In this document: piece by piece, positions 22,126 to 33,101 of the stretch
Position numbering within the stretch: position 1 is the stretch's first letter
How the letters are laid out: each line of letters opens with the position of its first letter
DNA from: Pelagomonas calceolata
Lineage: Eukaryota
Direction: 5' to 3'
Length of the DNA stretch: 64,000 nucleotides
Assembly: GCA_918797485.1 (NCBI GenBank)
Contig: CAKKNE010000005.1
Span: 868,001-932,000 of the forward strand
Notes under the pieces: model-generated
What the model was told of the DNA's origin: nothing
Database searches by the model: none
The model's input: only the letters and a program-made list of their open reading frames with translations
Translations under genes and position numbers: made by a program

Positions 22126-23997
22126 TTACTTCTTGCGGCGACCCTTCTTGCCCTTCTTCCTACCACCGGAAGGCTTCGCGGGCGCGGGACGCCGGGCTTC
22201 CTCGTCGGTGTCGTCCGAATCGTCCGGCCGCGTCCCCTCGAGGACGTGTCGCTCGACGCGGGCCCGGGCCTCGGCGATGACTCGGCGCGCCATCTCCGCG
22301 TCTCCGCCGCAATTCGCCGTCCAGCGCTCGAGGTCGTACGACGCGTCGGAGTCCTCACGGTCGCGAGAGGCCCAGCCGAGCAGCTCGAGGCGGCTCGTCA
22401 AGACCTTCTCGAAGATAAATGCCGCCGAGCCCTCCTCGGTGTCGTAGGATCCCTTCGACCGCGCGAACGCCTCGGTCTCCGCCGAGTAGCGCGGCGGAGG
22501 CATGCGCGCGCCGGCCGCGGCGAGCGCGCCGCGGACCTGCGGGTCAGTCTCCGACTCGCGCGAGAGCTGGTCGCCGATTTGGGCCTCGTCTACGCCGCTC
22601 ATGACGGCCTGGACGTCCGCGGCCGAGACCGAGCCCGTCACCGGCGCGTTTTTGCACGCCTCCGGGTCGACGCCGTACTCGCCCCGCAGCTGCTTGCGGA
22701 GCTGCCGCTGCATCGCCGGCTCCTTGACAAAGCCACGAAGCTGATCGTACATCATCCACAGCGACCGGCGACAACCACCCGCCGCCTTGAGGCGTAGCAT
22801 TTTGAAGAACACGGCGCCCATGGGGTTGGCGAAGTCGATGGCCACGTACTTTTCCGCGTCGACGTCCAGCATGTAGTCGCCGCCGTTTTCGCGCAGCAAC
22901 TTGTCCTGTTTCGCGAGGAGGGGGCTCGGCCCGGTGCGCGCCTTGGCGGTGGCCGCCGCGGCCGCCGCGCCGCCGCCGGCCGTCGGGCGGCAGAGCTGCT
23001 TGTGGCCCTGCTTCCAATGGCGGGTCTGGCACTCGCGCGAGCAATACGACACCAAGCCGCAACGGTTGCACTTGAAGGGCGCTGCGTTGGAGCAGTTCGG
23101 CCCGTCGCAGATCCGCCGCCGCGCCGCTTTGTTCCGGGCTTTGAACTCCGAGGCCTCCTGCTGGAACCTCGCAGCCCTTCCCAGAAATCCTTCCGACGGC
23201 GCGACCAAAATATCGTGGAGCGCGTTGTAAGTGTGTGCATCGAGCTGAGGGCGCGCTTGTTCGAGCGCTTCCACAAAGAAATCACGATGTCGCGCTGGGC
23301 ATAATGTCAGTGCCTCTGAAGGCAGGTCGAGATGGTTGCCAACGTCAAGGCCGAGCAGCATGAGTTCGGCTATCGCTTGCGGCGGAAACGCGTCGGGTCG
23401 CCCCGCGCGCGCGTCGAAGTGCCGCAGGCACGCGACGACGTCGTCCCAGAGCGCCTCATAGCCGCCGGCGCCCAGGAAGTCCTCGTATGCGGCACGCGGC
23501 TTCTTCAGGAGATCGCCAACCATGCGCAGCAAGCCCACGCAGGAGATGATCAACGCCGCGCGCCGGTCCTGCGGCGCGCGCAGCGCGTCGCGGCACCAGC
23601 GGAGGAGCCGCCCGTTCGTCGCGATCCGTTTGCACGGCAGGTGCAGCGGGAAATTCTCGGCACCCAGTCCGCCCGCCTCGCAGCGCGCGCCGCGCGTGAG
23701 CATCGCGTACTCCAGGGCGTACAGCAGCACCGCGCGACCGTCATTGGCCGTCGAGGGGCCGTCGAGGACGTCGTCGAAGATCCGCGCCGGGTTTTGGAGA
23801 AGTTCGACGTAGAAGGACTTGAGCGCGTCGAGATCCTCGTTTGAAGCCTCACGCGGTGGGGGCACGCGGTACGGCAGCCAGGCGGAATAACTCGCAGTCA
23901 AATCGAGTGCCCGGCGCTCGTCTGCGATGCGGCAGTGCGCGTACAGATCGGCAGCCGTCAGCTCGTGGAGCCAGGGCTTTGCTTCTTCGGCAGCCAT
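22126..23997 (-). CDS. MYND zinc-finger protein
   Basis: CDGPNC...CNRCGLVSYCSRECQTRHWKQGHKQLC. Confidence 0.85.
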   Translation of the reverse strand: MAAEEAKPWLHELTAADLYAHCRIADERRALDLTASYSAWLPYRVPPPREASNEDLDALKSFYVELLQNPARIFDDVLDGPSTANDGRAVLLYALEYAMLTRGARCEAGGLGAENFPLHLPCKRIATNGRLLRWCRDALRAPQDRRAALIISCVGLLRMVGDLLKKPRAAYEDFLGAGGYEALWDDVVACLRHFDARAGRPDAFPPQAIAELMLLGLDVGNHLDLPSEALTLCPARHRDFFVEALEQARPQLDAHTYNALHDILVAPSEGFLGRAARFQQEASEFKARNKAARRRICDGPNCSNAAPFKCNRCGLVSYCSRECQTRHWKQGHKQLCRPTAGGGAAAAAATAKARTGPSPLLAKQDKLLRENGGDYMLDVDAEKYVAIDFANPMGAVFFKMLRLKAAGGCRRSLWMMYDQLRGFVKEPAMQRQLRKQLRGEYGVDPEACKNAPVTGSVSAADVQAVMSGVDEAQIGDQLSRESETDPQVRGALAAAGARMPPPRYSAETEAFARSKGSYDTEEGSAAFIFEKVLTSRLELLGWASRDREDSDASYDLERWTANCGGDAEMARRVIAEARARVERHVLEGTRPDDSDDTDEEARRPAPAKPSGGRKKGKKGRRKK

Positions 23998-24370
23998 TGT
24001 CGAATGCCAAGGATGCTGCCCAGTCAAAAGTTAGGATGCTGGCAGTCGGCCAGGCCGGACGATCTCCGAACCCGCACCGATGGGTTAAGTGCCGAGGAAC
24101 GGTCCCTGGGTCAGGCTTCCGCACGAGAGGGGTCGTTCCGGACCAACTTGACGGATCCCTGCTAGTGTCTTACAGCCGCTAGCTAGCTTGCGCCGCGTGT
24201 GAGTTGAGCCAGCTGTGTGTACGCTGCTCGTCCCTAGCGCTGCGTAGCAGACCAGAAGAGCTGTATATCGATACACTGTACGCCTCGAAGCCGTAACTCC
24301 GCTGGTTGTGCAGTTGCCGCAGCGACCCAGATAGCGACAGCGACCGCAGCGACCAGATCCCGCAGCGAAT

Positions 24371-24822
24371 ATGTCGGACGTCAACGCTGTAATCGTACAG
24401 CCCTTCAAGCAGTTCGTCAAGGTACGTCTTGCTGCGTCGAAAACGAGTCATTGCCGGGACGCGCCCGCCGCGCCGCGCCTGCTCCGCCACACTACTGCGC
24501 CGCTGCCGCCGTCGCGAGGCGCATTAACGCAACACACACGCCGCGCCGTCGCCGCGACAGACGCGCCCGCCGCGTTGCGCCCGCTCCGCCACCACACTAC
24601 TGCGCAACACACACGCCGCCGCCGCGCCGTCGCCGTCGCCGCGACGCAGACACATCCCACACGCAGGACTCGATCCACCTCGTGAAGAAATGTACCAAAC
24701 CCGATAGGAAAGAGTTCGCGCGGATCGCGTCGGCGACGATGATCGGCTTCCTGATCATGGGCTTCGTCGGCTTCTTCGTCAAGCTCGTGCACATCCCGAT
24801 CAACAACATACTCATGACCTAG
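24371..24822 (+). CDS. SEC61G: Protein transport protein Sec61 gamma (exons 24371-24421, 24667-24822)
   Basis: Spliced product ...[24 protein letters not shown]...[28 protein letters not shown]...CGCAG intron. Confidence 0.95.
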
Positions 24823-24833
24823 CGACTAGTGTA

Positions 24834-26267
24834 CTAAGTTACTAGCTCCTCAAACACGACCTGGCCGAGCTGGTTCGCCCACGATTCTAGAGAGGCCACG
24901 GCCTTGGGGTGGATGACGGTGACGACTGTGCCCTCCGCCACCTCCTCCCCTAAGCGTCTTCCGGTCCGGCCCGCGACGTGTAGATACGACGACGCCGAAT
25001 TTGGTAATCCAACAGCGATGACGAGGTCGACGCCGTCGAAGTGCAGCCCGCGCGCGGAGTCCTCGAAGGTGACCAACACAGGACGATTGTCGGACGAGAG
25101 GGCGTCCGTGAACTGTCCCGAGACGTCCGAACGGCCTCCTAAGACATCACCGAGTGCCGCGGGGCCGTCGGGCCGATTCCTCCTACTATTCTTGTCGAGC
25201 TGTAGAGCTTCGTGTAGAGGTGCGGCCTCGACGCCTACCGCATTTAGTTGTCGTACGGCGTCGGCGACCGTGTGCCCCGAGCCGGCACTCAGGAAGATTA
25301 GGGCACTCCGCGGTTTCACTGATGATAAAACCTCATTGATTCTCTTAGCTATAATTTTGAGAGCAGCGTTCTTCTCCACAAAAGCATATTTGTGCCTCAC
25401 GGCAGAAGGCACGACCACAGAACGCGCTGACTCCTGACTGGCGTCCGCCGCCCGGAGCACCTCGACCTCGTTCGAGGACCACCTTCCGTACGGGTCACCT
25501 CTCAAGGCTTTCCTGAGAGCGTCGCGCGTCGCCCGAGACGCTGTCGCGGAGGCGGCCACAACTTGCAATTGAGTATTCGCGTTGCGCTTCACACAAAACT
25601 GGACAACATCAGCCGCGGGCGGTGCAGGGGGAGGCTTCAACCGCTGCTTCTTGCCCTGGGCCTTCGCTCGCTCCTTGGACTGTTTTGATCTCCGATCAGT
25701 TTTTTGTTGTGGTAACAAGGCGTCTACTTCGTCGAGGACGATAGCTGACAACTGCGACGCCTTCTCCGCCAACAAGGAGTAGGTCTCGAAGGCCTGCTTC
25801 GCTTCCTTCGGCGTCGCGATGAGCACTCTCGCTTCTTTGAGGGCTTCTGCTGTGGTCGCGGCGCCGACCACTATTAATTGAACGGCACTCTCACCTACTA
25901 ACGAAGCAGCATCCGCCGCGAGCTGCGTGGCCAGTTCCCGTGTCGGTGCCAGCACCAGTACGGCTGAATCCGTTTCTAGGGCGCGCTGTAAAGTTGGTAC
26001 TAAGAACGCTAACGTCTTGCCGCTGCCGGTCTCGGCCGCCAGCACGGCGGACGCGCCGTCTCGTAAGGGTTGCAGAGCTACTTTTTGTATTGGTGTGGGC
26101 GTCTGGATGTTTCTCTGCTTTAGTGCTTCTTGCAGCGACGGTGCGAGGTCTGGGAGCTCGGCGCTGAAGGGCGCTGCTGCGCTCGGTCGGCAGCTTAGGG
26201 CTCGGCGCGGCGGCGCCTGCAGCGCTCGCGCGGCATGGCAAAGGAGTGCTAGCTTGCAGATGCGCAT
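24834..26267 (-). CDS. DEAD/DEAH-box RNA helicase with signal/plastid-type presequence
   Basis: Q motif PTPIQ, AETGSGKT, PTREL, DEVD, SAT, ARGL, HVAGRTGR. Confidence 0.9.
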   Translation of the reverse strand: MRICKLALLCHAARALQAPPRRALSCRPSAAAPFSAELPDLAPSLQEALKQRNIQTPTPIQKVALQPLRDGASAVLAAETGSGKTLAFLVPTLQRALETDSAVLVLAPTRELATQLAADAASLVGESAVQLIVVGAATTAEALKEARVLIATPKEAKQAFETYSLLAEKASQLSAIVLDEVDALLPQQKTDRRSKQSKERAKAQGKKQRLKPPPAPPAADVVQFCVKRNANTQLQVVAASATASRATRDALRKALRGDPYGRWSSNEVEVLRAADASQESARSVVVPSAVRHKYAFVEKNAALKIIAKRINEVLSSVKPRSALIFLSAGSGHTVADAVRQLNAVGVEAAPLHEALQLDKNSRRNRPDGPAALGDVLGGRSDVSGQFTDALSSDNRPVLVTFEDSARGLHFDGVDLVIAVGLPNSASSYLHVAGRTGRRLGEEVAEGTVVTVIHPKAVASLESWANQLGQVVFEELVT

Positions 26268-26515
26268 GTTTATCGCGCTGTTGCCCTTCGGTGCGCCGGC
26301 GTCGCTCAGCTAGCGTGCTGCAAGACATACTAGGAAGCAAATTTTGCGTTCAGTCCTACTCAGCCTCCCTCCGGATTCCACATACGCCGAAGGTATCGCG
26401 CAGACCAGCCACGGCGTCCTCCGAGGCGGGAGCACCCGGCGCGACCACCGCCCCGTTCGACGCCCGGACGAATAAGCTAAGATAATTACAAAACAACAAA
26501 ACGCCGTCGCGCAGA

Positions 26516-27980
26516 TCACACGAACGGCGCGAACAAGGACGCCCGGTGCGCGTCGGGCGGCCGCAGCGACGCGTCGAGGGGCGGCCACCGCTCGTCCCAG
26601 TCCTTGCATTTTGGCGTGAAATTCGCCATCGTTGCGTCCGTGAACGACGCGCGCCCCGCCTGCTTCTGGTCGAGGGCGTACAAACACTTCGCCGCGCAAC
26701 TTTGCGGCGGCGACGCGAAGGACTTGCGATGGAGCACGTACTGCCACCACCAGTCCTGGGCGCACTTGTGGCCGCCCCATCTCAAATCCACTTCGTCGGA
26801 CTCCCTGTAAGCAGCATGTTTCTGGCAGTGCTTGCCGGGGCAGAACCAGGGCCTGCGTGGACGGACCCGTCGCGGTCCGAACGGCCTTAAAATCGGAAAA
26901 GAGACCACCCCCCGCCTTCTCTCCTGGAGACGACGCGCGTCGATGGCGTGAAACCGCCGCAGACCCCCAAACCGTTGAGATACAAGACACCGATGTCTGC
27001 TTCGGAGGCATGTTAAAATGCACATATTTCAGCTTGCACGTCCGATGGCTGACGGAGTACAAATTCTTGTTTTGTAGTGCAAAAAAGTGTTCCGCGAAGC
27101 CCTGGTCCGTGAAGCCCGCGCCCATGCCCTCCCAGGGCGACGCGCCGATGCGGAAGCGCCTTCGGCCCGTTTGCGCTTTCCGCATGGCCCAGGCGTGCGG
27201 TTTGTAGGTCGTAACGTTGTAGGCATTCAATCCGAAGCGCGCGCCACTCGGTGGCGGCGTCGTGTGATTCGCCAACCAACCAAGAGCGTAGATCCTTCGC
27301 TTGTTGCAAATCGCGCCGCCGCCGCACACGCGATACAGTTCATTTGATAATGAGTCCCACGTCTCTTGTGACGGATAGGCCAAGAAAAACGCCGTGAGGA
27401 TGGGCGTGCCCACCGTCTGCTGCGCTAATGCGACGGGTTGTGCCTGACAGACGTCGTCCGTTTCTGGCCAACACCGGTCCCGTTCATCAGCATCTGTGGA
27501 AGACAGGGCGTTGCCGCAGGACGCTTTGTTTACGAAGAGATGCCTCAGAGAACCGACCACAATCGTGTCCGTGTCCAACAGGAGTACCTTGTCGTATTCC
27601 GTCAGCGTGAAAATGTAATATTTCCGCATCAATAAATAGTCGCCGAACAGCTTGGAACGTTTCTTATCGCCGAAGTCCATCTCCTTCGGTATTATATCGT
27701 TCTCGACCAGGGATACTTTGAGCTGTGGTGGACACGGTTTATCTACCAGTGCGACGAAATCCGCATCAGGTATGTTCCCGTACTGGCGGACCGTGGCTCG
27801 CAGTACTAACACCGCACAGAGCGAAGGACCGCTTGCGCAGGCCTCCGTCGCCTTGCCAGCTTTCACGCTTCTAGGGCTCCATCCATCAGCTTTGCCTGAT
27901 GGTTTGGTCGTGAGGAGCACGGCGACGGCGTCCTTCGCTGCTGCATGGTGCAGCGCTGCGAGGAGGAGGAAGCGGCGCAT
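26516..27980 (-). CDS. Glycosyltransferase family 8 (glycogenin-like) protein (exons 27980-27001, 26852-26516)
   Basis: EYDKVLLLDTD, DQG, and HFNMPPKPW restored by splicing a GC-AG intron. Confidence 0.8.
26853..27000 (-). other. Spliceosomal intron (GC-AG, 148 nt) carrying the introner core motif
   Basis: CCGAA|GCAGAC...CCACGCAG|GCCCTGG gives K-P-W; contains CACGCCATCGACGCG. Confidence 0.75.
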
Positions 27981-28316
27981 TTTTTATGGGAGGAGCATCT
28001 GTGCGTGCAACGGGGCAGCGTTTGAGGGGCGGTGCCACACCAAAAAATTTTATCGATGTTGCTAGTATGTTAGTACCGCTAGGTCAAGCGCCGCACACAC
28101 AAAAGCGGCTTATACGCTTGCGCAGCGACTGCATTAGTCGCATTCGTGCAGCGACAGCGCTGCAGCTAGCGCTGCGGCTCTCCGTCGGCTCTCAAGCCAA
28201 GTAGGCACAAGGCGCCTCTCAAAGAGCAGTCAATACTGCGCGCGCGGCGCGATAGCAACCGCGACAGGCCGCTCTCGGTCAAGCGCTCGTCGTCAAGCGC
28301 TCGTATCCATAAAAAG

Positions 28317-29627
28317 ATGCCGCGCACGCGCGCGCAGCGCCGCCACGCGCTCGCGACGGCACTCGACGGGGACTCCGTCTCCTACATCCTATCGTTCCTG
28401 CCCAAGCTCGGCGTCGTTCCCGGCCGCTTGTACACGCTATCCGGGTCGGGCACTCAGCACACATGCGGTGGGCTCTCGCTCAAAGCAATCCTCGCGCCGC
28501 GGCGGCGGCGCCTGATCAAGTGCCCCGGTGACATTCCGCGGCTCGAGAACGCGGTCGCCGCGGCGCGCGAGGGCGATGTCGTGCTGCTCACGGAGAGCGT
28601 CGAGCTCCAGGCGCCGATCGTCGCGCCGCCGTTTCATGTGACGATCGCGGCGGTGTCGCGGCGGCGCTTCGGCCGCTACAGGAGTGACAACGTGCCGCCG
28701 GGGCAGCACTACAGTCACGGACAGCTCGAGCGGGCGCTCGGCCGTCCGTCTCACGGCGCCTACGTCTACGTCAACAGGAATAGATTCTCGGGCGGCGACG
28801 GAGAAGAGTCCGACTCAGACGGCGACAATCCGCAGCTGTATGCTCGCGACACCTTGGGTGCGGTCGTGGCCTCTGGAGCAGACGTGCGCCTCGAGCTACG
28901 CGGGCTCGCGTGGGTCGGTGAGGAACTCGACGAGGACGTACCCGAGGACCCAGGCCCTCTGTTCTTGCCCTTCGCCATCGACGCGCAAGACGGGGCGCGC
29001 GTCGACGTAGAAAACTGCTGGCTCTCCAGTATCTCCAGGGCCGCCCTGCGTGCTTCTAGCGGTGCCTCTATCTATGCGCGAGACCTGACGATTGGCCTTA
29101 GCTCCAAGGGCGTTATGGCATATGACGGCGGTAGTGTGATTGTCGAAAATTGCTTGTTTAAAGGGAACCACATATATGGAGGGATGGCGCACAACGGCGG
29201 TCGGATCGACGTGCGTTCGTGCCGCATTGATTGCTGCTTCCTCGTGGGATTCTGTGCAAGAGGAGTCGGCTCGCACATCCGCATCCGCAAGACGGTATAC
29301 ATGTCGCGCCTAGTAGAGCTCGCCGACGAGGAGAGCTGGACTCCGCGATTTACCATCAAACGCGGCGGATGTGTTACATTCTCCGCCACGGAGAACGAAA
29401 CGTATAGGTGGGCGTCGACCGAGCCATACCCAAACGTCGAGCTTGTGGAGTGCGACGGAGGCGACCTGGAGGGCTTCGAGGACCTCTCGGGCGGCGAGCC
29501 CGAGCCGGTCCTGTCTCTCACGTATGAGGCCGGAGGCGCTGAATTCGTGTCGCGGGTCCGCTTGGACGAGCCCACCGAAACGAGCAACTACTGGTTCGAC
29601 GGTTCCTCTGGATACCGCCTGGCGTAA
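28317..29627 (+). CDS. Right-handed beta-helix protein with F-box-like N-terminus
   Basis: LDGDSVSYILSFL; LENAVAAAREGDVVLL; repeated 'VENC...G..A..GG' beta-helix rungs. Confidence 0.65.
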   Translation: MPRTRAQRRHALATALDGDSVSYILSFLPKLGVVPGRLYTLSGSGTQHTCGGLSLKAILAPRRRRLIKCPGDIPRLENAVAAAREGDVVLLTESVELQAPIVAPPFHVTIAAVSRRRFGRYRSDNVPPGQHYSHGQLERALGRPSHGAYVYVNRNRFSGGDGEESDSDGDNPQLYARDTLGAVVASGADVRLELRGLAWVGEELDEDVPEDPGPLFLPFAIDAQDGARVDVENCWLSSISRAALRASSGASIYARDLTIGLSSKGVMAYDGGSVIVENCLFKGNHIYGGMAHNGGRIDVRSCRIDCCFLVGFCARGVGSHIRIRKTVYMSRLVELADEESWTPRFTIKRGGCVTFSATENETYRWASTEPYPNVELVECDGGDLEGFEDLSGGEPEPVLSLTYEAGGAEFVSRVRLDEPTETSNYWFDGSSGYRLA

Positions 29628-29693
29628 TTTGTATTAACATTAGTCAACTCTGCACGAGAGAGCCGAAGACAGGGGGAGGCATCCCCGCCGCCC

Positions 29694-29745
29694 GCGCCGT
29701 CGGGCCGCGCACCTAAAGTAGAGTGCGCGGCCGTCATCGTGGCAC
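29694..29745 (-). promoter_or_regulatory. SECIS element
   Basis: Minus strand: GTGCC-ACG-ATGAC-GGCCGCGCAC-TCTACTTTAG-GTGCGCGGCC-CGAC-GGCGC; AUGA/GA quartet, perfect 10-bp helix II, short helix I. Confidence 0.8.
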
Positions 29746-29793
29746 AGTGACGAGGACACAGAACGAGGAAGGGGCCCACAAGAAGTGGACCCC

Positions 29794-30081
29794 CTAGCCT
29801 CAGCCGCCCGCGCCGCACGCGCTCATCGCGCCCTGCGTGTCCTTCATGCCCCGAATTTTCTTCCCTCCACCAGCACCGCCGGGCCCGCCGCCTCGTCCGG
29901 TGGAGCCGCCGCCGCCGCGCGGCCTTCTCCTCATCTCGGCCTTGGCGCCTTCGGGATCAATCAACGTCTGGAAGAAGATGCTCACAAAATCAATGACGCC
30001 CCACAGAATATCGAGAGGTAGGGAGAGGCGGAATAATGAGCGTTTTTCGACGACCGAGCCGTCGGCCGTCAGGTAGACCAT
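29794..30081 (-). CDS. SELENOK: Selenoprotein K (SelK/SelG family), Sec encoded by UGA at 29800-29802
   Basis: MVYLTADG.V.E.RS..RLS...D..WG..DF...FFQTL, Gly/Arg-rich tail, C-terminal GG-TGA-GGC-TAG, downstream SECIS. Confidence 0.9.
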
Positions 30082-30586
30082 GATTCTTCAGTGGGCAGCG
30101 CCACACTCTGTAGGCGTCGCGGCGAAGACAGCGCGAGCTCGTAGCGCTGGCGCGGGGCTGTGGCCGCAACCAGTCGTCGCCAATGCGTCGTCACAGGGAG
30201 CCACGCGGTGCACGACGCTCGACGCCCGAGACGCGATTAGCTAGCGCCATGTAAGGCACTAGGAAGAAAAAGAGAGGTCTCTGGGAGCGACGCCTAAACG
30301 CGGCCCGCCGGACGCCCTCGCCCCGACGTATGGACGAAGGACTTTAAACAGTTTCTCAGAACGTGCCAGCGGCCCCCTCAAGCAAATCCTGGCCATAAAA
30401 CGCGCCCGCAGCCCCCGGACCTAATAAGGAGTTGTGTCGGGGCAGCCGCCCGCCGTACTCTAGTCCCAGGACCCGCGTGGGGGCCGGCGCGCGGCGGCGC
30501 GACGGCCCGGTGGGAGGGGCTGCTCCCAGATCCCCAGATCAGCGCTGGGTCCCGACGCCCGACGCCGACAAAACACGTTTCATTAG

Positions 30587-31219
30587 ATGTTCCGCGTCGC
30601 GGGCCACGCGCTGGACGGCGTCACCGGACACGCGCCGACCGCCGCCGCCCGCTGGACGCCGGACCCGGTCGACGCCCTGAAAGTAGAGCCGGAGCCCTCG
30701 CCCAACTCATCGGCGGCGGACGTCGCCTCGCCTAGAAACAACGCCCGGCGGGCGACGCCGCCGCGGGCCCAGACACCACCACCACCACCAACAAACCTGC
30801 CGCCGTCGCCCATCTGGTGCTCGGCGTCGCCGACGCCGCGGTCGCCCGATGCCTTACCGTTGGTGCGCCCCTGGCCGCGGCCGCCGACGCTGCCGGACCT
30901 CCCAATGATGCCGGACCTCGCGCGGCCGGCGTCGGGATCGTTCTCCGACGACGGCGCCGACGCCGCCCCGCCGCCGACCTCGCGGGCCCGTGCTCGGACG
31001 GTCTCGGACTGCCGGCGGCCGTCGGTGCTCACGCGCGAGCTCGCGGACCTCTCCGTGTCGATCTCGACGACGCGGAAGCGGCGGCGCGCGCGGTCCTGCG
31101 ACGACGACGGCTGCTGGGGCCAGTTCCTCGAACTTTCCGGGGACGAGAACGACCGGCCGCGCAAGCTGACGATCAGCCCGGCGCTGAAGATCGGCTCCTG
31201 GCCGCCGCGCGCTGTATAG
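30587..31219 (+). CDS. Pro/Ser-rich hypothetical protein
   Basis: ATG-started ORF with codon bias; ends before a convergent gene. Confidence 0.5.
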   Translation: MFRVAGHALDGVTGHAPTAAARWTPDPVDALKVEPEPSPNSSAADVASPRNNARRATPPRAQTPPPPPTNLPPSPIWCSASPTPRSPDALPLVRPWPRPPTLPDLPMMPDLARPASGSFSDDGADAAPPPTSRARARTVSDCRRPSVLTRELADLSVSISTTRKRRRARSCDDDGCWGQFLELSGDENDRPRKLTISPALKIGSWPPRAV

Positions 31220-31309
31220 GTTTCGCGTCGATCACGCGAGACCTAGTACCCCTCTCCCCAAAGTTTAACGAAATGTTGGGCGGGAATTCCTCAGTAGAAC
31301 TTACCAGAC

Positions 31310-32649
31310 CTAGAAGTAGACGACGCAGTCCGCCGGGTAGCCCTTCGTCAGCGTCAGGTGCGAGACCACCTGGTCCACGAAGTGGTCGGGCCCGGCCACC
31401 TGTGTGGAAATAAACCAGTGACTCGGGTGCACGGTCAGGAACGAGCACCACCACGCTATCGAGCAGGCGTCGCGTCGATGGCGTGAACGCGCCGTAAAAT
31501 TTTGATTTCCACACAGCCCGCCACCACAGCTAGTGTCCCGGGCGCCCACGGCTCCACGGCACCGGACAAGTCAGAATTGCGCTGGAAGACGAGATCCGAC
31601 GTCTTCTTCCTTTTCGCAAGCCGTTTCCCTTCGTCGCTACTGCCCGCGGGCTGCGCGTTCGCGTGCAATTCACCGTCCACTACACAAGCCAGCTCCATCT
31701 TCCGCGCAAATTTATAAAATAACGCCTCCAACCCATCATAGAGCGCAAAGTCGTCCTCGTCGCCGTTGATCCAGAAGACCGAGGCCTTGTCGATCGTACT
31801 TTGGCCTCTCGGTAGGGATTCCTTGAGGAGCTGGATGATGGGTAAAGCCCCAGCCTCCTCGCAGAAGCACGTGAGCTTGGTGATGGGTAGGTACGACCCC
31901 TCGTACTGGAAGGCTAACCTACCGGGCCGTACCGCGGCCTCGCCGCCCGCCTGCAACTGATCAAAGGCATCGACCACAGCCTTTTGATCGGGCGTGCAGC
32001 CGCCCATGGCTACCCTTGCATCTCGCCTAGCTCCGGCCGCGGGCGCCACGATTTCCACATATCCTGGTTCTCGCCGTCCCGACGCGAGCGGAAAGGACGC
32101 CCGTACTGGTCTGTTGCGATCGTCTAACCCGACGAAGGTGACCTCCTGGCCCAACTCCAACGGCAAGATCGCTTTACTACCTTGTTTCAGTTTGAACCGG
32201 TACGCCGTGTACGCGGGACCTCCTCGCCACTCGCCAAAGTCCTCGCGCGCTTCCAAGAGACAAGGCGCCCACGTATCTTCCAGCGTGATGGAGTCGTCCC
32301 GTTGTAAATCCTGGAAAGCTAACGAAACGGACTCGCCGACGGCTTTGAGCTGGCCGACCCGCCTCTTCGCCCAGTCGGGACCAGCCAAGTTCGCGCCGGC
32401 CACGAGGTTGCCCGCGTAGTACAACCCATAGCCGCCCGCGACGACGGCGGCGGCGCCAACAACGGTCGCGCCAGCCACGGCGCCGACCGCCGGGACCCAG
32501 TTCGTGACCTTGTTGCCTATCCTTAACAGGGGCTGGTCGAGGCGCAGCGCTTTCTGGGACACGTCTCGCCGTCGCACGGTTTTATGGTGGTGGAGCTGCA
32601 GCGCGTCGACGCGCGTACAACATGCCACTATCAACAAAGCGGGCCGCAT
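31310..32649 (-). CDS. FNR/cytochrome-b5-reductase-like oxidoreductase with presequence (exons 32649-31525, 31399-31310)
   Basis: YRFKL...LPLELGQ, GALPIIQLL; C-terminal LAVVAGPDHFV...GY restored after removing the introner. Confidence 0.7.
31400..31516 (-). mobile_element. Introner element (TIR non-autonomous DNA transposon), copy 1; intron 31400-31524
   Basis: 12-bp TIR CTGTGTGGAAAT/ATTTCCACACAG; 8-bp TSD GTGGCGGG/GTGGCCGG; donor GT in TSD, acceptor CAG at TIR end. Confidence 0.9.
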
Positions 32650-33101
32650 CGTGCGCGCGCGTCTCATTTGGAGCTGCTCTCCCTGCAGCACTGTGAGCTG
32701 CTGTGGCTCGGCGTTCGCAGACTTACCGCCTCCCGCTCTTGTACTATAAAAATAGATGCTTTGAACTGCAACGCGCCCCCAATTGCAGTACTCGGCGCGT
32801 ATATCGCGAGGGCTGCTCAAACATGCACACAGCCTCTCTCTGAAGCTCGAGGTCCTTGCAAGCGTCCGGACGCCTTCGTTCGGCTCATGACGCCCTGCGA
32901 TGGCCCTTGGGCTGCTCCACAGGCATCTGTTTCGCTAGTTATACCCACTAGTTTACGTCCCATCGAGTCAAAAAACCAAAAAAAGCGTGGCATAGATATA
33001 GGCGCGCGTCGGGTGACCGGCAAAGCTGCAGTGATCACTGCTCCAGCGCATCGATCAACGCATCGATCCAAAATGCAAAAATGCACGGCTCCGTAGAGAT
33101 C

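Noticed and set aside
26310..26852. C-terminus of the 556-aa ORF
   Set aside because: Artefact of reading through the GC-AG intron; the spliced frame ends at 26516.
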